From: Candidatus Latescibacterota bacterium
Lineage (GTDB): Bacteria; Latescibacterota; UBA2968
NCBI GenBank assembly: GCA_965232265.1
Contig: CBDDPH010000002.1
Coordinates: 2,008,290-2,072,289 of the forward strand
Direction: 5' to 3'
DNA: 64,000 bases
The notes below the pieces were generated by a model, which had not been told where the DNA came from, did not search any database, and saw only the letters and a program-made list of their open reading frames with translations. A program made the position numbers and the translations under genes. Below are positions 28,411 to 38,866 of the stretch, piece by piece; position 1 is the stretch's first letter, and every line of letters begins with the position of its first letter.

Positions 28411-30774
28411 ATGTCCGAACAACCAAATAAATTATCCAGACGCAAAGCTATCGCTGGCATTGGTATCAGTGGCATTGTCCTCACACAGCACGCATTGTCT
28501 CAGGAGACCACCGTGAACACAACAAATAGTGCAACCATAACGCGCTACCCCACTGTGCAAGCTATGAAATCCTCTTCCGAAATCCGCGAAGGCGACTGGG
28601 CGGAAACCGCGGGTTTTTACACGCCCGGAGACGGCGGCGCAGCCCTGTATCACATAGCAAAAACAGAGGCTAATAGCCAGCCAAACGATGCCGACGTCAT
28701 CGCGCTGGACAATGGATTCGTCGCTCTCTTGCACGAAAACAAAGCCGTGAACTACAAAATGTTTGGCGCGATTGGCGACGGTAAAAACGACGACGGCGTT
28801 CAAATCACCCTGGCGCATAAATACGCCAACACACGCAAAGTCCCAGTTGTGAATTTAAGCGGCGAATATTGGATCTTGCAAACCAATGACATCCCCATCA
28901 AAACCAATGTCTCCTGGGGACAAACAATTTTTCACATCGATGAACAGTACAACAGCCAAAGAGAGCCGCGCTTTGAAATTCTCAACGATCACCCGTCAAA
29001 AAAACTCACGCGAGACAAAACCATCAAAGCGGCTCTATTGGAGAAATTAAAACCCGGCGTACAACTCATTCCCGAACTGGCATCTTATGCGGGTCATCTC
29101 ATCATCGCCGAAGATGACGATGATCGCATTGGCATTCGGGCAGGCAATTATTCAAAGGCGGGATGGGGGCGCGAAGAACTGTTCTATGTCGAAGAAGAGG
29201 GCCGCATCATTGGCGATATAGCCTGGGCATTCAAAAACTTTACCGACATCACCGCCATACCCTGCAACGACAATTACCTCGTCGTCGAAGGCGGCGGATT
29301 TTACTTTTCTGGCGACAGTGGCAGCGGTAGAGCCTGGCGGTATCACCACCACGGCATCTCCATAAAACGCAGCCGCACCATCATCCGCGAACAATGGATG
29401 GGCTTGGAAAAAGGAAAACGCGATATCTCCATGCACCCCCGTCGCGGCTTTTACGTATTCAGCGGTGTCTATGACGTTACACTGGAAAATATCCGCGCAA
29501 TGCCCTGGGAGAAAAATCGCGAAGAAAAAGACCGCGTGCTCGGTGCGGGCACCTATGGCATTGGCGGTGCGCGGATGCTCAACTGCACCTTTCGCAACAT
29601 CACCGCAGAAGGCGGCTGGGTTGCCTGGGGTGTTTTTGGTACCAACCTCAACAAAAACTTCCGCTTTGAAAACTGCCGTCTCAACCGCATCGATGTGCAT
29701 TTTCACTGCTGGAACCTCTACATCAGCAACTGCACCATTGGCTTCAAAGGCATCGCGCTTACAGGTGGCGGTGAATTGGTCATCGAAAACACCACGCGCC
29801 ACGGCAACCAATTTGTCAATTTCAGACGCGACTATGGCGCCAAATGGGACGGACAGATATGCATCCGCGGCTGCCGGTTAATGCCCAGTGGCAATGGCCG
29901 CGTTTCTGTCCTGTCCTATCGCCCATCCGATTTCGATTACCAGTATCCCATCGGCTTTGCGCGCACCGTCACAATCGAAGACCTGCTCATCGATTACAGC
30001 GCTGCACCTGCATCAACGGCGCCGTGCTGGCTCATGGACACCGTTTCCTTTTCCAAAACCAAAAACAATGCCCGCCTCTTCTTTCCCCATCGCATTGAAT
30101 TTCGCAACATCGCTGTCGAAGGCAGAAAACAGGGCGTTCGCCTCATCCGCATACCCAACCCTCACCACTACGACCTGCGCCGCAATGGCAGCTACGATGG
30201 CACACAACTCCACGCCAACAGCACCATTATCTGCGACAATGTCCAACTTGAAAAATTCACTCGGGAAATTGCCGACGATGACGAACAGGTACACATCCTG
30301 ATCGGTGGAGAATCGGCGACCGACTATGCCGATGCACGCGCCCTCTATCCCAAAATGCGATTTACCGACTGTGAAAATATCAGCGCATACCTGGGCAACT
30401 GCATTGCCAGTGCGACTTTTGAACGGTGCAGCCTAAACACCATAACCGCACCCAATTTGCGGGGCGAACTCGTATTTACCGAGTGCCGTCTCCAGCCCGA
30501 CGTCAAAAAAGTACCCGAGCAATTTTACATTTTGCAAAACACGCTGGGCACGCGCTTCACCAACTGCACCCTCCACGCGCCCATCGTCAACGGCGCAATA
30601 AACCCGGACCTGATGAACCGCTTGGGCTTCATCCAAATCAACCAATCTGTACAGCACTACCATCTCAACACAGCACTTGGCAACGATGTCATAGACCATC
30701 TCAAAAACTCCGGAACTGCACTCAAACCGGAATTTATCGCCCAACTAAAACTGCACCACGATTTGGAATCGTAG
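28411..30774 (+). CDS. TAT-secreted right-handed beta-helix protein (pectate lyase superfamily / Pectate_lyase_3-like)
   Basis: Twin-arginine signal SRRKAIAGIGISG. N-terminal motif MFGAIGDGKNDDGVQI is typical of Pectate_lyase_3. Has repeated N/C/G-rich beta-helix turns. Confidence 0.55.
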   Translation: MSEQPNKLSRRKAIAGIGISGIVLTQHALSQETTVNTTNSATITRYPTVQAMKSSSEIREGDWAETAGFYTPGDGGAALYHIAKTEANSQPNDADVIALDNGFVALLHENKAVNYKMFGAIGDGKNDDGVQITLAHKYANTRKVPVVNLSGEYWILQTNDIPIKTNVSWGQTIFHIDEQYNSQREPRFEILNDHPSKKLTRDKTIKAALLEKLKPGVQLIPELASYAGHLIIAEDDDDRIGIRAGNYSKAGWGREELFYVEEEGRIIGDIAWAFKNFTDITAIPCNDNYLVVEGGGFYFSGDSGSGRAWRYHHHGISIKRSRTIIREQWMGLEKGKRDISMHPRRGFYVFSGVYDVTLENIRAMPWEKNREEKDRVLGAGTYGIGGARMLNCTFRNITAEGGWVAWGVFGTNLNKNFRFENCRLNRIDVHFHCWNLYISNCTIGFKGIALTGGGELVIENTTRHGNQFVNFRRDYGAKWDGQICIRGCRLMPSGNGRVSVLSYRPSDFDYQYPIGFARTVTIEDLLIDYSAAPASTAPCWLMDTVSFSKTKNNARLFFPHRIEFRNIAVEGRKQGVRLIRIPNPHHYDLRRNGSYDGTQLHANSTIICDNVQLEKFTREIADDDEQVHILIGGESATDYADARALYPKMRFTDCENISAYLGNCIASATFERCSLNTITAPNLRGELVFTECRLQPDVKKVPEQFYILQNTLGTRFTNCTLHAPIVNGAINPDLMNRLGFIQINQSVQHYHLNTALGNDVIDHLKNSGTALKPEFIAQLKLHHDLES

Positions 30775-30816
30775 CTTCTTTGTCACAAACCAATTTTTCA
30801 AAAGGAGTACGCCGCC

Positions 30817-31047
30817 GTGAGAGACGTACGCTGGGAGCGCATGTTCCCCGATGAACTCGAAGCCGCATTCAAAGCCTGTCCAGTCGTCTATTTTTCCTAT
30901 GACCAGGTCGAACACGTCTGGGAAACCGTTATCCGTCCCGAACTGCCCAACTTCCGCACCCTGCAAACAGCCTGGGCCGACGGCGCCACGCTTCCAGAAG
31001 ACTCTGTCTGGTACGCCAACTGGAAAATACCAGACCGCGAATTTTAA
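30817..31047 (+). CDS. hypothetical small protein
   Basis: 76 aa ORF with GTG start after AAGGAG. No family recognised. Confidence 0.2.
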   Translation: MRDVRWERMFPDELEAAFKACPVVYFSYDQVEHVWETVIRPELPNFRTLQTAWADGATLPEDSVWYANWKIPDREF

Positions 31048-31114
31048 TTTTTATTTATATTAGAACCACATCGTCCAATACGCCACATTGTCCCATTTTT
31101 TTAGGAGGTACAGT

Positions 31115-33784
31115 ATGAAGCAAGTGATTGTGTTTTTAGCTCTGTTCTTTCTCACCCACGCAACCCTCTCTGCTGCCGAATTAACAGGCAAAGTGCGCGA
31201 TGCCGAAACCGGAGAAGCCCTGCCGGGCGCAAACCTGTATTTAGAAGGTGCCGAGCGAGGAACTGCTACCGATCTCGATGGACAATTTGAGATCACCCGA
31301 ATCGACGAAGGCAGCTATACACTCGTCATAAGTTTTGTAGGATACAAAGAACATCGCAGCACCGTCGTTGTCAAAGCGGATGCTGCCGAGTTAATTGTAG
31401 AACTCATGCCCGAAGCATTTCGAGGCAAAGAAGTCACCGTCGTTGCCGACCGCGCCAAACTGCGCGAAACACCCGTAGCCTTCTCAGACGTTCCAAAAGC
31501 CGATATGGAGCGCAAACTCGGCTCGCGCGACCTCCCGATGATTTTGAATGATACACCGGGCGTTTATGCAACCGAGCAGGGCGGCGGCCCTGGCGATTCT
31601 CGCATCAATGTGCGAGGATTTGACCAGCGCAACGTCGCCGTCATGATCAACGGCGTGCCGGTCAACGATATGGAAAACGGCTGGGTCTATTGGTCCAACT
31701 GGGATGGCCTGAGCGACGTCACATCGTCAATTCAGGTACAGCGCGGACTCGGCGCCTCAAATCTGGCAATAGCCTCAGTGGGCGGCACCTTGAACATTGT
31801 CACCGACATCGCCCGTCAACAGCGCGGGTTCAAAATCAAACAGGAGGCGGGAAACAACGCCTTTTACAAAACCACCGTCAATTTTTCATCGGGATTGATG
31901 AACGGCAAAACCGCTTTCACCGTGGGCCTCACGCGCAAAACTGGCGATGGCCTGCCCGATCAAGCATGGACATCGGCGTGGTCCTACTTTGGCGCCCTGA
32001 GCTTTTTGGCATCTGAGACACACAAAATAGACCTGTTTGTCGTCGGTGCGCCACAACGCCACGGACATCGCCTCTACAAGCAATCCATCGCAACCTTTGA
32101 TGCCGATTACGCCCGCGCCCTGGGCATTGATGTTTCGGAGGCTATAACCCACGGCATCGATTACAACCCCAACTGGGGACGCTCGCCATTTTCATCCTAT
32201 CAGGAGTACTACAACGGCCAGGTACACGACGCACGCGACAGCGGAATTATCATGGAACGCGAGAATTTTTACCACAAACCCCAGGCCAATTTGAACTGGT
32301 ACTGGACACCCAACGAGCAGTTCATCCTGTCCAATGTATTTTATTTTTCGCGCGGTAAAGGCGGCGGCACAGGGCGTTTGGGTACCAACCCGCGCTCGCG
32401 GTCCGATGGCAGCATCAACTGGCAACGCGTTGCCGATGAATTGAACACCCGAACAGCGTCAGAAGCCCATCCCGACCTCGTGGATGCAGGCGAAGTAAGC
32501 ACCAATGAAATTGCGGGGAGAACCGTCATCCGAAACTCGGTCAACCAGCACTTCTGGTACGGGTATTTGGGCACAGGCGAACACCGTTTGAGCGACATCT
32601 ACACGCTGGCCTTTGGCATAGATTTGCGCTATTACAGAGGGCAACACTGGCGCGAAGTACGCAATCTGCTCGGCGCCGATTATTACGTCTTCCCATGGGA
32701 TAACAATGCCACGACCTCTGTCAAGCGACTGGGTGACAAAGTCTCCTACCACAACGACGGTCTCACGCGCTGGGGCGGCGGATTTGCACAACTCGAAGGC
32801 CGGTTTAACAACTTCACGGCATTTTTGAGCACCTCTGCGTCCATAACAGGTTATAAACGCATCGACTATTTCCGCGCAAAGGTCAACGGCGACTGGGACC
32901 AGACAGACTGGGAGAACTTCACAGGCTACACCGCAAAAGTGGGCGGCAACTACAACGCAACCCCCTCAATCAATGTGTATGCCAACATCGGCTGGCTTTC
33001 AACAGCCCCCAAATTCGACTCCGTTTATCACTACGACAACAGCCTCTACGATCCCACGTTCAACGAAAAAGTCGCCTCATTCGAGCTGGGCACCGGGTAT
33101 TTCAAACGCGGCGTGGTGACAGCAAACACGAATTTCTATTACACCAGATGGATAGACCGCTCGTGGCCCAAGAGCATTTACAGCGAAAAACTCGATCAGC
33201 GCTTCCGGTTTTTGCTAAACGGCATTGACGCGCGGCACACAGGCATAGAGTTCGACCTGAAAGCGCGTCCCCATGCCATGCTGGAAGTGCGCGGCATGTT
33301 ATCCCTGGGCAACTGGGAATGGCTCAACGATGCCAATGTCACATTCTCACCTGAAGAAGACCCATCGGTTATCGGCAACTTTCAGGTCTATGCCAAAGGG
33401 CTAAAAGTGGGCGACTCGGCGCAAAAGACGCTTGCGCTGAGCGGCACGGTATTTCCCACACGCGGCCTCTACGCCTCGCTGAATCTGCGGCGATTTATGG
33501 ATCACTACGCCAAATTTGATCCCGCCAACCGAACAGACGCCAACGACCGGAAACAGTCCTGGCAACTTCCGAGTTACAATCTGGTAAATCTGCACGCGGG
33601 CTACACCTTGCCCGGCAATACATTTGGCAATGGGAAAGTGAAATTGCAACTGCACGTCTTCAATTTGCTCGACGAACGCTACGTGTCCGATGCAGACGAC
33701 GGCAATGATCACGACGCAGCAAGTGCCCGCGTATTCCTCGGCCTATCCCGCCGCTGGAATATTTCGCTATCGTACGATTATTAG
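31115..33784 (+). CDS. TonB-dependent receptor with N-terminal carboxypeptidase-regulatory-like domain
   Basis: RBS AGGAGG plus a signal peptide. CarbopepD_reg-like segment GKVRDAETGEALPGANL, plug-domain motifs, and a C-terminal beta-barrel ending in an aromatic residue. Confidence 0.8.
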   Translation: MKQVIVFLALFFLTHATLSAAELTGKVRDAETGEALPGANLYLEGAERGTATDLDGQFEITRIDEGSYTLVISFVGYKEHRSTVVVKADAAELIVELMPEAFRGKEVTVVADRAKLRETPVAFSDVPKADMERKLGSRDLPMILNDTPGVYATEQGGGPGDSRINVRGFDQRNVAVMINGVPVNDMENGWVYWSNWDGLSDVTSSIQVQRGLGASNLAIASVGGTLNIVTDIARQQRGFKIKQEAGNNAFYKTTVNFSSGLMNGKTAFTVGLTRKTGDGLPDQAWTSAWSYFGALSFLASETHKIDLFVVGAPQRHGHRLYKQSIATFDADYARALGIDVSEAITHGIDYNPNWGRSPFSSYQEYYNGQVHDARDSGIIMERENFYHKPQANLNWYWTPNEQFILSNVFYFSRGKGGGTGRLGTNPRSRSDGSINWQRVADELNTRTASEAHPDLVDAGEVSTNEIAGRTVIRNSVNQHFWYGYLGTGEHRLSDIYTLAFGIDLRYYRGQHWREVRNLLGADYYVFPWDNNATTSVKRLGDKVSYHNDGLTRWGGGFAQLEGRFNNFTAFLSTSASITGYKRIDYFRAKVNGDWDQTDWENFTGYTAKVGGNYNATPSINVYANIGWLSTAPKFDSVYHYDNSLYDPTFNEKVASFELGTGYFKRGVVTANTNFYYTRWIDRSWPKSIYSEKLDQRFRFLLNGIDARHTGIEFDLKARPHAMLEVRGMLSLGNWEWLNDANVTFSPEEDPSVIGNFQVYAKGLKVGDSAQKTLALSGTVFPTRGLYASLNLRRFMDHYAKFDPANRTDANDRKQSWQLPSYNLVNLHAGYTLPGNTFGNGKVKLQLHVFNLLDERYVSDADDGNDHDAASARVFLGLSRRWNISLSYDY

Positions 33785-33934
33785 TGTCAATTAAGAATTA
33801 AAAAAATCGGATTGTGTACTGATGCCCCCGTGTCAATACATAATCCGATTCATTTGTGCGATATTCGTTTTGGTAAGAATAACCAAAATTATAGCACCGC
33901 CAGCCAAGCGCGTATTTTAATATAGGAGGTCATC

Positions 33935-34834
33935 TTGAGCGACCCCATCCGCGGCATCTTGCCCGTATTACAAACGCCCGTTGCCGAATCCGGTGACTTC
34001 GACATCGAAAGCATGGAGCGGCAAATCGACTTCTGCATCGCCGCAGGTGCAGGTGGCCTGGTCTTTCCCGTACTCGGAGGTGAATTTCAATATCTCTCTG
34101 ACCGCGAGCGGCAAACCCTGGTCGAAATAGTCGTTAAAAAAACCGACAAACGCACCCCCGTCATCGTCGGTGTGGCCGGCACCAATATCTCCACAGCCGC
34201 CGAACACGCCGCCCATGCCGGGCGCACAGATGCCGATGCTGTCATCGCCATGCCACCCTATATGGGCAGCGGAGGACCCGACGAAAATCTCCGCTACTTC
34301 GAGGCCATTTCCAGCGCGGGACAAGTGCCCATTTTCATCCAGAACGCAGGCGCTGGCATGCAACCTCCCGCACTTGTTCGCCTGCTCACCGAAGTCGAGC
34401 ACCTCATCTACGTAAAAGAAGAAGCCAACCCCAGTGCCCATCACATCAGCGCCATTGTCGCCGAAGCAGGAGATCACTGTCAGGGCGTTTTTGGCGGGGC
34501 GTGGTGCCGCTGGATGATCTCAGAAATGCGACGAGGCGCCAGTGGCTTTATGCCCGGCGCCCCGGTTGTCGATATTCACGTCGATATCTGGGATGCTTTC
34601 CAAGCAGGCGATGAAGACAGAGCACGCGATCTCTTCGATCAACTCCTGCCCCTCACCAACCTGATCCAAATTCTCGGTCTTCGCCTGGTCAAAGAAGTAC
34701 TCATTCGCCGAGGTATCTTCAAAACGAGCGGCATGCGTGCGCCCGGCAGCACAAAAATGGACGCAGACGACCACCGCGAACTCGACGCCATCCTCGCAAA
34801 ACTTCGCCCCCTATTCCGCACAGAGGCGTCATAA
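33935..34834 (+). CDS. dihydrodipicolinate synthase/N-acetylneuraminate lyase (DapA) family lyase
   Basis: Class I aldolase DapA-family pattern. TTG start after AGGAGG. Confidence 0.65.
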   Translation: MSDPIRGILPVLQTPVAESGDFDIESMERQIDFCIAAGAGGLVFPVLGGEFQYLSDRERQTLVEIVVKKTDKRTPVIVGVAGTNISTAAEHAAHAGRTDADAVIAMPPYMGSGGPDENLRYFEAISSAGQVPIFIQNAGAGMQPPALVRLLTEVEHLIYVKEEANPSAHHISAIVAEAGDHCQGVFGGAWCRWMISEMRRGASGFMPGAPVVDIHVDIWDAFQAGDEDRARDLFDQLLPLTNLIQILGLRLVKEVLIRRGIFKTSGMRAPGSTKMDADDHRELDAILAKLRPLFRTEAS

Positions 34835-34850
34835 GCAGAAACGCATCCGC

Positions 34851-34889
34851 AAAAAAAACCCCGATAGTTCAAAGCTATCGGGGTTTTTT
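34851..34889. terminator. bidirectional intrinsic terminator between convergent genes
   Basis: AAAAAAAA CCCCGATAGttcaaagCTATCGGGG TTTTTT. Confidence 0.7.
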
Positions 34890-35056
34890 CGTCGTTGCAA
34901 AGCGTTGTACCATTTCCTCGCGGAGGCGGAGAATGGCGTTGTCTTCGTCCAATTCGACATCGGATTGGTGTATGGGTTGTCCCGCGGCGATTTTGTGTTT
35001 TAGCTTGAGATCGTGAGCCAGGCCGATAGGCAAGGTGTTGGATATGCGAGGCTCGA

Positions 35057-35815
35057 TCAGGCATCTTCAAAGCAATCTGCCATGTCGTTGAGAAAATGAT
35101 CCAGATCTACTTTGCGATACTGTTCGACATAACGATGATCGGTCTGTGGGGTTTCGAGAACAGGTCGCGGACGAGAGTGTTGTATTGATAGGCCATCTAT
35201 GTCGGACAGTCTATTGAGGCTCATCTGAAGGAGATCTTGCACGTTTTGAGCGGTATGGATTTCGATATTGGGTTCGGAGGTGTTGTAATAATAGACAGCC
35301 TTCAGGTGGGTACGGAGCATTTTGACCGCATAAGCAGGCAAAAATTTTTCTTCGCGGTTTGGGCGGAAGTCTTCGGGCCAGAATAGGCGGTTGATCTGAA
35401 GATCAAACGCTTTCTTAAGCATGCCGGAAACGCTGCCGTGGGCGGGAATCCATTTTGAGTTGGGCCAGACGTCTAAGTTGCTCCAGGGACCGCCCAGCGT
35501 ATTTTTCTCAAGTGGCAGGCGTCCGCATCCTGTGTTGACGCCTTCTCGGGTGATGTCCAAGATGGCAAAATGCTGGGGATAGATAAAAAAATCATCCGTG
35601 CGTGTGCGCCAGATATCGTAAAAGGCGGTGGTCAGTGCCAGAAGTGCATACCCGGCGTGCAGTATGCCGTCTTCGAGATGGGGAGAGATGACACCCGTGC
35701 GGTCCAATTCGTGGTAGTCCGGACAGAAGGTCTCAAAATCGACGCAAGTGAGACCGTTTTCGCCAGATTGCCAGTATTCAAAGTCCTGAGAGACTAAGAG
35801 GGTGCTGGTGTGCAT
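35057..35815 (-). CDS. hypothetical protein
   Basis: 252 aa ORF inside the catabolic cluster. No family recognised. Confidence 0.35.
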   Translation of the reverse strand: MHTSTLLVSQDFEYWQSGENGLTCVDFETFCPDYHELDRTGVISPHLEDGILHAGYALLALTTAFYDIWRTRTDDFFIYPQHFAILDITREGVNTGCGRLPLEKNTLGGPWSNLDVWPNSKWIPAHGSVSGMLKKAFDLQINRLFWPEDFRPNREEKFLPAYAVKMLRTHLKAVYYYNTSEPNIEIHTAQNVQDLLQMSLNRLSDIDGLSIQHSRPRPVLETPQTDHRYVEQYRKVDLDHFLNDMADCFEDA

Positions 35816-35827
35816 AAAAGAGACCTA

Positions 35828-37042
35828 CTATTTTTCCATAAACGGACCCTGCTGATCGATGCGTTGCAGAGTTTGCTTGAACTCGTCGGAATCGTCGTCT
35901 TCCCAGACATCCAAGCGAATGCCCCGGATGTTGCCTTCGGGGAAACCAGTGAGGCGAGCAACGTTTGGGAATCCTCTGGTATAGAGCTTGTGACCGTCGG
36001 GTAGATGCAGGATGCCAATAGTGGAGGGAATAACAGTGGGTTTGTTGGCGGCGCATCTGGCCAGCGCGTCTTCGTCAACTTCTACGCCGAGGCCGGGGCC
36101 TTTGGGTACCGGAGAGGAACCGCCTGCGACTTCGATGCGCTGTTTGACAACGTCTTCACCGTACTGGTCGTCCAGATTGGTAGAATGAGCCACGTTGGGA
36201 ATCACGGCGCCCAGATGCAGAGCCATGGCTTTGGTGAGGGTACCGCCTGTGAGTTGGATGACAGAGGAAACATTGGCCAGGGCAGCAGAAAATCCACGCA
36301 CGAGGGTAGTGCCAATGCCGCCTTCGCCGATCATGTAGGCATCGGCGCAACCGCAAATAATCTCCTGACCTCCGCCGAGTTGAGGGACATGCATGAGCAG
36401 CGGCAAACTGGTTTTCTCCCTCAGAATGCGCCAGCCTTCGACATCGGATAAGACCAGGGGATCTTCGATCATACCTACGACTGGGGACTTCTCCAGTTCC
36501 TGCAAGATGCGCAGGACAGCGGCAAGCGGCCGATTGTGATTGAAATCGTAATGCATTTTGAAACCGGGCGGAGCAACCTCCTCAACGGCTCTGGTTTGTT
36601 CGTACACGTCGTAATAGGCGCAGGTGTGGATTTTAAAGATCATATACCCTTCTTCCACGGCTCGCAGAACCTCTGCGGCCAGGTCTTCTGGGGAGGCAGG
36701 GCGGGTCCAGGCAGCTACGGGTACGCGGTCGCGTATCTTCTGACCCATGAGTTTGTACGCGGGAATTTCAAGGTATTTGCCCATGGCATCGTAGAGTGCG
36801 CCCATCAGGCCGCTGTTGAGATCGGCGTTGATAAAGTCAAAAGGATCGCGGTCAATCAGGTGTTTCACAGTGGATTTAGAAGGGGCCTCGCAGCGTGCAT
36901 CACCATAGCCGACAATGCCATTGTCAGTCGTAATTTTGAAAATGGTACGATGGTTTATGTTGAAAAACCGAGCTTTCTGATCGGCATTCCGGTCGGCGAT
37001 TTTGGGGTAGATGGGGATGATGTCGATGTCGATGATTTTCAT
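35828..37042 (-). CDS. enolase superfamily enzyme (mandelate racemase/muconate lactonizing enzyme family)
   Basis: MR/MLE pattern (KIHT.., HYDFNH, IEDP). Start at MKIIDID after GGAGGA. Confidence 0.65.
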   Translation of the reverse strand: MKIIDIDIIPIYPKIADRNADQKARFFNINHRTIFKITTDNGIVGYGDARCEAPSKSTVKHLIDRDPFDFINADLNSGLMGALYDAMGKYLEIPAYKLMGQKIRDRVPVAAWTRPASPEDLAAEVLRAVEEGYMIFKIHTCAYYDVYEQTRAVEEVAPPGFKMHYDFNHNRPLAAVLRILQELEKSPVVGMIEDPLVLSDVEGWRILREKTSLPLLMHVPQLGGGQEIICGCADAYMIGEGGIGTTLVRGFSAALANVSSVIQLTGGTLTKAMALHLGAVIPNVAHSTNLDDQYGEDVVKQRIEVAGGSSPVPKGPGLGVEVDEDALARCAANKPTVIPSTIGILHLPDGHKLYTRGFPNVARLTGFPEGNIRGIRLDVWEDDDSDEFKQTLQRIDQQGPFMEK

Positions 37043-37250
37043 GATCGAATCCTCCAAGCTATCATTCATGTCAGGGCGGGTATGGCTGCCTCGCGTTTTG
37101 CCAGCGTGGCATAGGCTCTTTTAAAAGTCGCGCTATCGTCGTCTTCGATAACTTCCAGGGTAACACCGCGTTCAAATCCGGGGATGCTACCTGCGTAGAA
37201 GGTCTTCTGGTAGATGGCTTCATCGGTGGGCGCGTTTGCATGAGCTACTC

Positions 37251-38099
37251 CTAATTCAACGGCACACCTTCAATCGTGATGCGGTGCATGAGGCGTCGCT
37301 GTCCCTGATAATCATTGAGAGCGCAATGCCATGTGGCGCGGTTATCCCAGATAGCGAGCGTATCTTTTTCCCAGCGGATGCGGCATGTAAAATCCGGATG
37401 GGAAGCGTGCTGGTACAAATACTGAAGCAGAGGTCGAGATTCTTCTTTTGTCCACCCCTCAATTTGAACCGTGAATGTAGAATTTACGTAAAGTGCTTTG
37501 CGACCTGAGATGGGATGCGCTATGATTATGGGATGAATGGCATCTTGCGTGGCGAGTTCGGGATTGCCAATCCGACCGCTTTGATCGGGCTTTCTGCCGT
37601 TCATCGCCCCAAAAACATGTCGGCTGGAGTGCAGGGCATTTAAGTTTTCGAGCGTTTCCTGCAACCCCGGCGAGAGAGTTTCGTAAGCCCTGTACATACT
37701 GGCAAACATCGTATCGCCACCAACCTCGGGAACTTCGCGTGCGTAGAGAATCGAGCCGAGAGCGGGAATGGTATCGTAAGAATGATCGGTATGCCAGTTG
37801 CGACCGATATTAGTTCCCTGATCGGGTTCTTTTCGCACTTCGGCGATAATGGGATTTTCCGCTACGCCCGTAAAAAATCGGTTGACATTGATATCTCCCC
37901 AGCGTCGGGCAAATGCGATGTGCTGTTCCTGCGTGAGGGACTGATTGCGAAAGAGAATCACGCTGAAATTCGCAAAAGCCCGATAGATTTCAGCGAATTG
38001 TTCCCCACTGATCCCCGATGCAATATCAACACCTTCAATTTCAGCGCCGAGTGCCCCAGATAGTGGTTTCACGTCAATGGTGCGATATGGTGTGTCCAT
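37251..38099 (-). CDS. TauD/TfdA family Fe(II)/2-oxoglutarate dioxygenase
   Basis: WHTDHSY and C-terminal HRITI motifs of taurine-dioxygenase-like enzymes. Confidence 0.75.
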   Translation of the reverse strand: MDTPYRTIDVKPLSGALGAEIEGVDIASGISGEQFAEIYRAFANFSVILFRNQSLTQEQHIAFARRWGDINVNRFFTGVAENPIIAEVRKEPDQGTNIGRNWHTDHSYDTIPALGSILYAREVPEVGGDTMFASMYRAYETLSPGLQETLENLNALHSSRHVFGAMNGRKPDQSGRIGNPELATQDAIHPIIIAHPISGRKALYVNSTFTVQIEGWTKEESRPLLQYLYQHASHPDFTCRIRWEKDTLAIWDNRATWHCALNDYQGQRRLMHRITIEGVPLN

Positions 38100-38236
38100 G
38101 TAAGTCCTTTCTCATCTCAATTATCCCACGCAAAGGGAACCGCTCGTTCTGACCGGGCAAGTTTCATGGTGCATCCTTTTGACGAGTCAATAGACACAAT
38201 TATTGACGATAGGCATTGGTTCCCACTGCCCATTGT

Positions 38237-38515
38237 TCATCTGTCAGTTCGCTCTACCAATCTTCCTGTTAAGTATTTATGAATGATGCTCGATAGTAGG
38301 GTCTGGTAGGGCAGACCTTCTTCAAGTGCCCTGACATGTGCCTGTTCGAAATCGTATTCGGTCAAGCGCAAATTCACACGTCGGGTTTTGTTAAACGTGT
38401 TGCGTGCCGCTTCCTGTGCGGTGTGGATTTCTGCTTGTGCATCGGGTCGTGAACGGAGTTCTCCTCTTTCAAAGGCACTCAAGATTTCGCGTTCTTCAGA
38501 ATCCAGTTTTTCCAT
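38237..38515 (-). CDS. brnA: BrnA-family antitoxin
   Basis: 92 aa. The C-terminal ribbon-helix/HTH pattern is typical of BrnA. It overlaps the upstream brnT by about 20 nt. Confidence 0.6.
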   Translation of the reverse strand: MEKLDSEEREILSAFERGELRSRPDAQAEIHTAQEAARNTFNKTRRVNLRLTEYDFEQAHVRALEEGLPYQTLLSSIIHKYLTGRLVERTDR

Positions 38516-38795
38516 CTTTTTTTCTCCTCAAATAATCCCGGGTTGCTTTGCGGCTGGGGATAATGGTTTTTAGAAAACGTGTGCCATCAGCCTGCGTTAC
38601 AAAAGGAACTAGATAGATATAATCCCCAATGTTGACCACATAAATGGATTGATTGGGATATCTGTCTGAGTTGGGATGATCAATCACGTCAATCAGATTG
38701 CCCTGTTGCATCGCATAGATAATTCGCTCAAATGAAACCCCGCGTTCTCGTTTGAGCTTTAAATTTTTTTCCTGATTCCATTCAAATTGTTTCAT
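38496..38795 (-). CDS. brnT: BrnT-family ribonuclease toxin
   Basis: MKQFEWNQEKNLKLKRERGVSFERI matches the BrnT signature (FEWDxxKNxxNxxKHGVSFEEA). Toxin-first operon order. Confidence 0.65.
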   Translation of the reverse strand: MKQFEWNQEKNLKLKRERGVSFERIIYAMQQGNLIDVIDHPNSDRYPNQSIYVVNIGDYIYLVPFVTQADGTRFLKTIIPSRKATRDYLRRKKDGKTGF

Positions 38796-38866
38796 ACGCC
38801 GATAATAGCACAATGTGTGCATTTTGTCAACTCACCTGCCATTGATTTTCTATTCGGCCGGTTGCG

